DNA from: Yuukianura sp. NJ FZ-2021
Taxonomy: Eukaryota
Direction of reading: 5' to 3'
Length of the DNA: 64,000 nt
Assembly (NCBI GenBank): GCA_046563655.1
Contig: CM102290.1
Span: forward strand, 11,160,001-11,224,000
Of this stretch, positions 11,863 through 22,200 are shown piece by piece. Position 1 is the first letter of the stretch. Each line of letters starts with the position of its first letter. The notes under the pieces are model-generated. The model searched no databases, was not told the DNA's origin, and was given only the letters and a program-made list of their open reading frames with translations. The translations under genes and the position numbers were made by a program.

Positions 11863-12543
11863 TACTATAAACTATTTATTAAAAATTACTGACGTGAATT
11901 AAAAAAAAACTTTCAAAAAAATCAAGTCCACGTTTTTTTTTTGTGAGGAAATCTGCTAGGAATTTGGACGGCAAACCACCTTGATTGCAAAGTCGTATAG
12001 AACAAACCACCTTGGTTGCGAAGTTGCAAAAGAAAGTTTGCGCTGTACAGAAGCAGAGAAATACAAGTTCAGTTGCACATATAATTTATTGAATTGCCAG
12101 ATTCTAACCATGGTTAAGTTTAATGTGTGTATCAAAATATCGGTTAGGAATAGTAGGATATGATTTTAGCATTCACTTTCTCCGTCCGTTGTAACATGAC
12201 TCTACCTCTTCTTCTGCCTTCCGTTGAGGAGGGACTGACTAAACTTAGTTTCTATTAGGACGGAACAAAGTCTCCAGCAGTTTTAAGTAACACAATTCCG
12301 TTTGATAAGGCGTTTATTTCGTAGGTACAGGTTGAATTAATCATGAAAGGTCAAAGGTCACGGGCTAGCTTATGCTCAACGATAGTCTGCCATTTCTTGG
12401 TCTGACAGAACGACAAAATGTCAATCTGAAAACAAATGAAAAGCGATCAAAAGGTTTTTCTTTTCACATCTTGGATTCTTCGAAATTTTGGCTTAATTTT
12501 TTATGATTTCTTTGAAAATTGTTGAGAACTTACACTTTAGGAA

Positions 12544-15500
12544 TTAAGCGATGAGTGGTTTAGTATTTTTGGGGGCCGGGGAGACAGAGCGTGTAGTCTT
12601 CTTCCGCGTCGCTGTGCGTCCATTGGTGGGACTATAAGTTAGGTTAGTTAAACATGTAAATTTAATTGGAATTAAATTACTTTTATTTAAATGTTAAGGT
12701 CAAAGGTCACACGACGTACCCCGGTATGACTTTAGTCCCTTGGACGGGAGGGAGTGATTCGGCTGATCCACCGGACTTTAGACTGCCACCGGAACTGTCT
12801 CTGGATCCCACCTTGTCCCACGACTGCGTTTTGCGATGAGTCTTGGCTGCTGAATCTCCCACTCCATTACTAAAAGTAGTAAAAAGTTTTTAAATACTGA
12901 AATTTTGTTCAAAAATTAAAAAAAAATGAAGCTGAAATAATTACGGTTTTCCAATACGACGCTTCTCCAGTTCTCGGCTAATGGAATCTGGTATGTGCTG
13001 CGGCGGAGAGACGGATTTGACTTTCGCGGGGGTTTGAGGCTGCAAAAAATATATTAAAAAATTATATGAGTTTTAATTATAAAAACTAATTAAATGAGTT
13101 ATATTATACTATTAATGTGTAAAAACTAATTAATTTTACTTTAATCCTAGATTCTTCAGCGTCAAACATATCTTCAGCCTCCTCTCTTCCTCTGCCCGCC
13201 ACAAGCTCGTCGTCCGACTGTGACTTGACGATTCTATCTGCCGAATAGGATGGCCGCGCTGGGGCAATGGGAGACCGACACACTGCAGAGTTAACATCTT
13301 CGAGTTTGCGCAGAAGTCTTTCATTTTCTCGACAAACCAACTCCTGATCTCGAATGAGCAAATCTCGAACAGCAATTAGTTCCCAGTTCTCCTGACGCAG
13401 TGAGGCATTTTCAGCTAGGAACTGATGCACTGTTTCCACAAGTTGCGTTTGTTCCATCTCCTCAACTTTTTCTTTGTCCAGTGTTGATGCAACACCGTTC
13501 GGATTCACGACGCCCCAGTTCGAGTCTCCGCTGCTGTCACTGTCAACGTGCAGCAGTTGACGCAATTGCGTATTTTCATCACGAAGCGACGATAGTTCAC
13601 GTTTCAAGCTCATTATCAGAGCCTCTCGTGGATCCTAGAAATTACAAAATCAAATTCGTCAAGAAAGTTCCACCAGGTAAACAATGTAAAAAAGTCAAAA
13701 TGAGTGGAAAAAGACTAAGTTTAGGCAGTTGCACCTAACAAGGTTTGTGAACTTTGATTTCCTTTAATAGGTTGAGTAATACTTCATGTTTTTTTCGATT
13801 TTGCAAAAAAGAGTGTTTTTCATTTCATGGTATCGTAGGCATAACAACACTGCTGAATTTTCTAAATTTTATATACGAATTGGTACAATGTTTTGGACTG
13901 GTACCAAATTGCTACCAATGTTTGTTTGTTTTTCATTCTTTTGTCAACAATGCGAGCAATAGTACGAACAATAGCACTCAACCTATTAAAGAAAATTCAT
14001 TTTTCGTTTCCAAGGAACCTTGGCACCTACCATGACTACGACAGGTTTGGTCCGTATTCTTTTGGCTCTAGCGGCATACCGAAGTGTATTGAGCGTTTCG
14101 CTCATGTTTGATCTTGCTGGGGAAATACATGCAATCTACAAAAACAAAATCATTCGGTACAAGTTTCAACCCAAATTTTCAAAATTCCAAAAGCCAAACT
14201 TTGTTTTTTACCATCAGAGTTACTCCGTTTCCGGCAAGACTGTCAGCCAGAAGCTTCGTCAATTTGCTGTCTCTGTAAGGAATGTGTCCACTTTTTCGTT
14301 TTGAATCGCTTAAAGAAGCAATACAGTAACCCAGCACCATTAGACTTTTGTTGATATTGTTCGCTTCTTCCAGCGTCTTCCCTTCACTATGTGTTTTCTT
14401 AGTCATTTCACTTCCCGCGAGATCAACGAAATTCAATTTCCCATGTCGACTGATGAACACGCCCTGCTCAGAGGCCTTCTGCTCCGAAGTAATATGCACA
14501 GTCAGAATGGTGTGACTTCGACTTGAGTACTCGTTCATGTTATGTTTACCAACAGCTCGATTGCGCATGCCTACAAAGATGATGAATTCGTGTTACTAAT
14601 TGTACAAAAGTTTAAAAAAAAAGTAGTCTTTGCATTTACAATAGGTCATTGTAGCTAAAATGAAAGTCGCGAATTCAAATAAGCGCGAAAGAAAATGGAA
14701 TGTCAACATTTGATTTGTGTTAGCCTAATTTCACAGTTGGTTTCCTATTTCTGCTATGTTAGATTATGTAGATTACGCTGTTTACGATTTTCGTTGCTTT
14801 CGACTACTAGTTTTGCTCTAATGGGTTCTAATAGTTTCGATTTTCTAAAAATGTGCTACAAGGTGGTTCATTTTCTAAAAATTTGGTTCAAATTGACTCA
14901 TTTTGAAAAACTAAGCGACTGACCTTCTTCCAAAACGGCCAGCAGATCATCGAATTCTTCACACTCAACCATGAAGAGGTTCTCGACGAAGAACCCACGT
15001 GACTTTTTGGACCACCGAACAGCGAGTGGCTTCCGAGCAGTTCCCGGGTTGAGGAGGTCAATGACCTGCGTTTAAAGTTCATACTTGAAGTTTTGGACAG
15101 TTATACTTCCCTAACATCATCGTTGCATTGCATGTGTGAACTTAAAGCTGGAAGTGTAAGTGGATCGATTCAAAGCGACACCAAATAATGCATGAGTCAG
15201 GCATAAACAGCGGGAGGGAAGTTTGGACAGAGGAGTTGGCATGACGACATGAGAAAAAACAACAACAAATGAAAAAAAATCAAATGTAACCTTTTCATTG
15301 TAGATTTCAAGAAATGAGGCTTTCAGGATGAAGTGGAAGTCATTACGGTTTTGAATTTGATCAAAAAGATACAAAAACGAACGAAAGACTAGACCGTGGT
15401 CCACTGCAAACGGATCCGGATTTTTTTCAAACTGAAATTGCAAAGGTCAAAATTTTAAATTTTCATGAAGTCAAAGCTTCCAAGAGAAATCAAAACCAAA

Positions 15501-17757
15501 AGTAAAATTTTTCAAAAAATTAAAAATCAAAACTTTTCGGTTGCATACCAAATGCGGTGGTCCAGTGAGCGTATGAGTTTTACCAGATCCTGAAAAATGA
15601 ATTTGAATTTGAATTTGAAAAGTTGTCCAAATTTTTTTTTCCATTTTTTAAAATTTTGTCTTTCAAACCATACCGGTTTGACCGTAGCAAAACACAGTGC
15701 ATGAAAATCCGTCAATTGCCATTTCAATGAGTCGTTTGACGCCTGAATGGTTGAGGACGTCCTCTTGCGTCGCTTCCGGTTCAAAAACGACGTTGTACGT
15801 AAACGATTTCGGTTTCTCTTTTGCCGTTGAACTTTCGAGCCAAATTTGACCTCCGCCGGGAAAATGCGTCACGTTCGAATCCCGGGTCAGTTCTTTTCCA
15901 TTAAGTGGACGAACTCTGTCAGGTCAAAATCAAAGGTCAAATTTCAAGAGGTCAAGAAACAATTTTCTTGGCTACACAGCAAAGCGAATTTCTTTTTTCT
16001 GCCGCGTGGCTTTCTAAGACCTTCGATTGTAAGAAAAACTCTAAATAATTGGAATGGCCCACCAATTAATTTTTAAACTCAGTTTGGATTCTTAAATTTT
16101 GAAAAATTCGTTTCCTTCTTACGTACACACCCAATGTATATTTAATAAATGTCAAGGTTGTAGACGCTTTTTAGAAAATTGGCTTTTGTTCTAAACTGTG
16201 ATCAAACAAACTTATGAAAAACTGACGTAAAGCTGGAACTTTCAAATGCTGACGTTTGATGCTCTTTTACTTTTCCTATTGACGTTTAGTTTTACGAACA
16301 GTTGAATTTCCAATTGTTATTTACACAAACTTATTTGTTTCTATATTTGAACATGTTGAAACTGTTTTTCAGATTTCCTGCTACACGTGCTTTGTTTCAA
16401 AAACGTTACGTTCCACTTTGTTACATTTTCTGAGAAACGGAACAAGTTTCAATTTCAGTTTGAACTGAAATTGGATTTCCCAATTTCCTCGTGTGTTAAA
16501 CTGTCGACGCGTGTTAAATTAACAGAACTGTGTCGCCAGTGTCGGAAATCATGTCCAATCACTTTCTTAACTTTGAAAAATTTGAATTTTTTTGAAAAAT
16601 AAAAAAGTTTGTTCAAAATGAAAACTTACCTTACGACGACGTTGATGTTGTTCTTGTCCTGGAGTTCCATGTCCAAATCAGCGGCATCCAACGTAAGTAG
16701 CGAGCTGGCGCTTCCCAGTCCAGAACTCATACTTCACAGCGTTCAATTAAAAAAACGAAAACCCAGTGAAAAAGAACAGAAAAGAAAAGGAGACATTAAA
16801 TGAGAAATGAGCTGCCATGAATTCTTGATTTGTTCAATGTCGAAAGTTGTCAAACAGGGTTCGGCTATTTCAAAAAAATTCGTTTCGGGAGGTTTCCTTT
16901 TTAAATTGCCGCTAATTTTTGTTTTCCAAGTTTCGAAATTTATTTGCCATTAAACAATAATAACGATCCTTTAAAGTTGACATTGCTATTCTCGGATCGC
17001 CACAAAAAGAAAAAACTTGAATTTTTAAATGTTTTTTTTTACCTTGAGCTTGTGAATGACATTGACAAGGCGAAACATTTTTGTTCAATTGCTTCAATAA
17101 CTTGAACTTAATTAGCCAATGGCTAAAAAATCCACTTAGACCTAAGTGAGTAATCATCGATTTTGTAAACTGCTTTTAGAATTCCGTAAACTGCGTATGC
17201 GCTCAGACGTGAAATTGTGACGGTATAATTTGACCTTAAATTTTCCTGTGACGCCATAAAACGTTCGAATTGAGCAGAAGAAATTTTATCCAATTCCCTA
17301 TCATTAAATACTGAATTTGAGCAAAATGCCATCAAAATCCGGTATGGGAGTCAGATTTTTAAAAAATGGAAAAAAAAATGTTACGGTATCCCATTAGTAA
17401 ATGCTTGAGGTTTTTTGAAATGCTAAATTCTAATTTTTCAATATCTTGTCATTGATATCGTAAATTTGACTGTCGTAGGTTTGTAAGTTTGAAATGGTAT
17501 AAAAACGTTCTTCTGAACTGCTGGTTTTTGAACAATTCCACTTTCTTCGAAATTGTTTAAAATTTGTTTAAAATTTCGACATGGGTTTTCAAAAACAAGT
17601 GACAAGCACAGAGAATTATGTACCTGTTATGTGTGAATGTCGCGATGGATGAATTTGTTGAAGGGCGCTGAAACATAAACGTTGTTGGAGGCGGGAGTTG
17701 TGAAGAGCCTGGACTTCGTGCTGACTGGAGCCCTTTGACATCTGAGGAACTAACCAT
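12544..17757 (-). CDS. KIF12: Kinesin-like protein, KIF12 (kinesin-16) type; ~697 aa, 12 exons
   Basis: Hand-spliced complement(join(12544..12631,12720..12869,12945..13039,13140..13634,14031..14135,14212..14570,14924..15065,15291..15431,15549..15589,15674..15915,16630..16731,17624..17757)). Phases are consistent, total 2094 nt. Motor motifs are intact: NINVVVRVRP, P-loop [19 protein letters not shown], switch I NEYSSRSH, switch [34 protein letters not shown]12-type segments [10 protein letters not shown] and [13 protein letters not shown] are followed by coiled coil. The terminal exons are less certain. Confidence 0.88.
17624..17757 (-). CDS. Putative first coding exon of KIF12-like gene ([24 protein letters not shown]...)
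   Basis: ATG in a strong ACCATGG context. The donor AACAG|GTACAT is phase 2, which fits the AAG acceptor before 16731 (preceded by a pyrimidine-rich tract). An alternative start at ATG 16730 is possible. Confidence 0.6.
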
Positions 17758-19190
17758 GGTCACAAGTCAGTGTCCAGACGCCTCTACTCATTCCATGGAT
17801 ACTTCCGCGGGATGCTGGACAAGCTACAAGAAACTTCGGTGACGGTAAACGTTTATGAACACTATTAGTTTCTGATTGGTTGAACTGAGGTGCGTTATGA
17901 TTGGTCAGAGTTCCAAGTACTTTCACTTGTGAAAAGAAAGTAAAGTGACGGTGGTTGACACGACTTCACAGGTCCACCCGCAAATGGGAACTGTGCAGAG
18001 AACAATCGATTCGAGTGGTTTGGTTCCTTTGAGGAAACGTAACCTATTCTTGGGTGGTTGGTGGTGGACTTACCATACTCCAAAAACTTCTGGATAGAAA
18101 ACCACTTTAGAAAAGAAAGAATTAACTAATCATTAGCCAAACACGTACGTAGGAGGGTTCCTTTGAGGTATGCCAAACGCCATTCACAACTGCAACACAA
18201 ACCTACGAGTCCATCCTCCAACTCCAAAACACTCAATTCTGGTCACTTTTAATCACTTCCAATTCTAATCGGTTAATTTGAGCCTCCGTAAAACGTAAAT
18301 CCGTTAAATCAATTTTCTGAAGAATACCCTTTATATTACAAGAATTGTATTCGTTTGGAAACTACGTACATTGATTGATTTTAAATTTAGTATGCAATTA
18401 AGGCTTTTAAATCCTGTTTTCTAACTTTCACCTCAAACTTGCTATCATTCGGAACATCTACAGACCCACGTGCAATATTTCTTGTGTAGCATCTTTTACT
18501 ACGTCAATCAATTAGTTAATTAATAACTCGTCGCAGTTATTCAATAAACCTAAAAATATTGTTAAGCTTAATAATATTAAGCGGAACAACTGACTATACG
18601 TGAGAAGTACAGCTAGAAGTTATACAATTTGCGCGCTTACCGCGATTGCAAGAAAATTTTCTAAATATTACTCACAAGTAATCCATGGCGTGTATTATTC
18701 TATTTACCTTGGGTGTGTAGTTAACATAGTTTTAAAAATAATGACGATATATTTTATTTTAAAGTTTGTACCTAATTTAACATGCGTATGCAAAATATCA
18801 AAATATTGTTTTAAATATTACCCCATACATGTGATATTATTATACAGTACGTGTATTGATTCCGTTGTTCTGGGACAACATTAGTATAGGGGTCCATAAA
18901 AAGGCTGCAACGCTTTCACCGTTTCACCGGAAGTTGATTTTTAAATAGTGCTTTCACAGGTACTGGACAGCAAAACTTTCACATCTAATATACTACCCGA
19001 AGCTGCTTCGTCATCAACTTCTGGAGAAAGAGTTGAATCCTTTTTATGGGTACCTGTAAGTACAGCGTGTCACACTTTAAACTGAACACCTTCAGCGTCA
19101 AACAACTTATTAATTTTTTAAACCATGAGGGGATTTCTGAGTCAATTTCTGAATTATTGAAAAAGTTTGACAACTTATTGTTATTAATGA

Positions 19191-19293
19191 AAACAAGCTT
19201 TGCTGCGCAAAGCTTGCTGGGGCTTCGCCCTAGACCCGTTCGATCGTGCAAATCACATATTAGGGTACCATTATTTATAATAGCTTAATCATA
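19191..19293 (+). mobile_element. Possible Helentron/DINE-1-like terminus abutting the satellite
   Basis: AAACAAG start, a perfect 10-bp-stem hairpin CAAGCTTTGC-TGC-GCAAAGCTTG (19194-19216) and a GGGGCTTCGCCC mini-hairpin, ~80 bp before the array. Confidence 0.35.
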
Positions 19294-22200
19294 ATAATTC
19301 CAAATTCCAAAAAGTTAAAAGTTTAGTAGGACAATCACTCTTTCTAAATAGCATAATTCCAAATTCCAAAAAGTTAAAAGTTTAGTAGGAAAATCACTCC
19401 TTCTAAACAGCATAATTCCAAATTCCAAAAAGTTAAAACTTTAGTAGGAAAATCACTCTTTCTAAATAGCATAATTCCAAATTCCAAAAAGTTAAAAGTT
19501 TAGTAGGAAAATCACTCTTTCTAAATGACATAATTCCAAATTCCAAAAAGTTAAAAGTTTAGTAGGAAAATCACTCTCTCTAAATAGCATAATTCCAAAT
19601 TCCAAAAAGTTAAAAGTTTAGTAGGAAAATCACTCTTTCTAAATAGCATAATTCCAAATTCCAAAAAGTTCAAAGTTTAGTAGGAAAATCACTCTTTCTA
19701 AATGACATAATTCCAAATTCCAAAAAGTTAAAAGTTTAGTAGGAAAATCACTCTTTCTAAATAGCATAACTCCAAATTCCAAAAAGTTAAAAGTTTAGTA
19801 GGAAAATCACTCCTTCTAAACAGCATAATTCCAAATTCCAAAAAGTTAAAAGTTTAGTAGGAAAATCACTCTTTCTAAATAGCATAATTCCAAATTCCAA
19901 AAAGTTAAAACTTTAGTAGGAAAATCACTCTTTCTAAATGACATAATTCCAAATTCCAAAAAGTTAAAAGTTTAGTAGGAAAATCACTCTTTCTAAATAG
20001 CATAACTCCAAATTCCAAAAAGTTAAAAGTTTAGTAGGAAAATCACTCCTTCTAAACAGCATAATTCCAAATTCCAAAAAGTTAAAAGTTTAGTAGGAAA
20101 ATCACTCTTTCTAAATAGCATAATTCCAAATTCCAAAAAGTTAAAAGTTTATTAGGAAAATCACTCTTTCTAAATAGCATAATTCCAAAAAGTTAAAAGT
20201 TTAGTAGGAAAATCACTCTTTCTAAATAGCATAATTCCAAAAAGTTAAAAGTTTAGTAGGAAAATCCCTCTTTCTAAATAGCATAATTCCAAATTCCAAA
20301 AAGTTAAAAGTTTAGTAGGAAAATCACTCTTTCTAAATAGCATAATTCCAAATTCCAAAAAGTTAAAACTTTAGTAGGAAAATCACTCTTTCTAAATGAC
20401 ATAATTCCAAATTCCAAAAAGTTAAAAGTTTAGTAGGAAAATCACTCTTTCTAAATAGCATAACTCCAAATTCCAAAAAGTTAAAAGTTTAGTAGGAAAA
20501 TCACTCCTTCTAAACAGCATAATTCCAAATTCCAAAAAGTTAAAAGTTTAGTAGGAAAATCACTCTTTCTAAATAGCATAATTCCAAATTCCAAAAAGTT
20601 AAAAGTTTATTAGGAAAATCACTCTTTCTAAATAGCATAATTCCAAAAAGTTAAAAGTTTAGTAGGAAAATCACTCTTTCTAAATAGCATAATTCCAAAA
20701 AGTTAAAAGTTTAGTAGGAAAATCCCTCTTTCTAAATAGCATAATTCCAAATTCCAAAAAGTTAAAAGTTTAGTAGGAAAATCACTCCTTCTAAACAGCA
20801 TAATTCCAAATTCCAAAGAGTTAAAAGTTTAGTAGGAAAATCACTCTTTCTAAATAGCATAATTCCAAATTCCAAAAAGTTAAAAGTTTAGTAGGAAAAT
20901 CACTCTTTCTAAATAGCATAATTCCAAATTCCAAAAAGTTAAAAGTTTAGTAGGAAAATCACTCTTTCTAAACAGCATAATTCCAAATTCCAAAAAGTTA
21001 AAACTTTAGTAGGAAAATCACTCTTTCTAAACAGCATAATTCCAAATTCCAAAAAGTTAAAAGTTTAGTAGGAAAATCACTCTTTCTAAATGACATAATT
21101 CCAAATTCCAAAAAGTTAAAAGTTTAGTAGGAAAATCACTCTTTCTAAATAGCATAATTCCAAATTCCAAAAAGTTAAAAGTTTAGTAGGAAAATCACTC
21201 CTTCTAAACAGCATAATTCCAAATTCCAAAAAGTTAAAAGTTTAGTAGGAAAATCACTCTTTCTAAATAGCATAATTCCAAATTCCAAAAAGTTAAAAGT
21301 TTAGTAGGAAAATCACTCCTTCTAAACAGCATAATTCCAAATTCCAAAAAGTTAAAAGTTTAGTAGGAAAATCACTCTTTCTAAACAGCATAATTCCAAA
21401 TTCCAAAAAGTTAAAAGTTTAGTAGGAAAATCACTCTTTCTAAATAGCATAATTCCAAATTCCAAAAAGTTAAAAGTTTAGTAGGAAAATCACTCCTTCT
21501 AAACAGCATAATTCCAAATTCCAAAAAGTTAAAACTTTAGTAGGAAAATCACTCTTTCTAAATAGCATAATTCCAAATTCCAAAAAGTTAAAAGTTTAGT
21601 AGGAAAATCACTCCTTCTAAACAGCATAATTCCAAATTCCAAAAAGTTAAAAGTTTAGTAGGAAAATCACTCTTTCTAAACAGCATAATTCCAAATTCCA
21701 AAAAGTTAAAAGTTTAGTAGGAAAATCACTCTTTCTAAATAGCATAATTCCAAATTCCAAAAAGTTAAAAGTTTAGTAGGAAAATCACTCCTTCTAAACA
21801 GCATAATTCCAAATTCCAAAAAGTTAAAAGTTTAGTAGGAAAATCACTCTTTCTAAATAGCATAATTCCAAATTCCAAAAAGTTAAAAGTTTAGTAGGAA
21901 AATCACTCTTTCTAAATGACATAATTCCAAATTCCAAAAAGTTAAAAGTTTAGTAGGAAAATCACTCTTTCTAAATAGCATAATTCCAAATTCCAAAAAG
22001 TTAAAAGTTTAGTAGGAAAATCACTCTTTCTAAATAGCATAATTCCAAATTCCAAAAAGTTAAAAGTTTAGTAGGAAAATCACTCTTTCTAAATAGCATA
22101 ATTCCAAATTCCAAAAAGTTAAAAGTTTAGTAGGAAAATCACTCTTTCTAAATGACATAATTCCAAATTCCAAAAAGTTAAAAGTTTAGTAGGAAAATCA

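Noticed and set aside
18600..19288. ORFs next to the satellite as a transposase or Rep/helicase remnant
   Set aside because: Short and AT-rich, with no catalytic motifs recognised.
20259..20268. Satellite variant GGAAAATCCC matching an NF-kB-like site
   Set aside because: Present in only two duplicated monomers; most likely a chance match.
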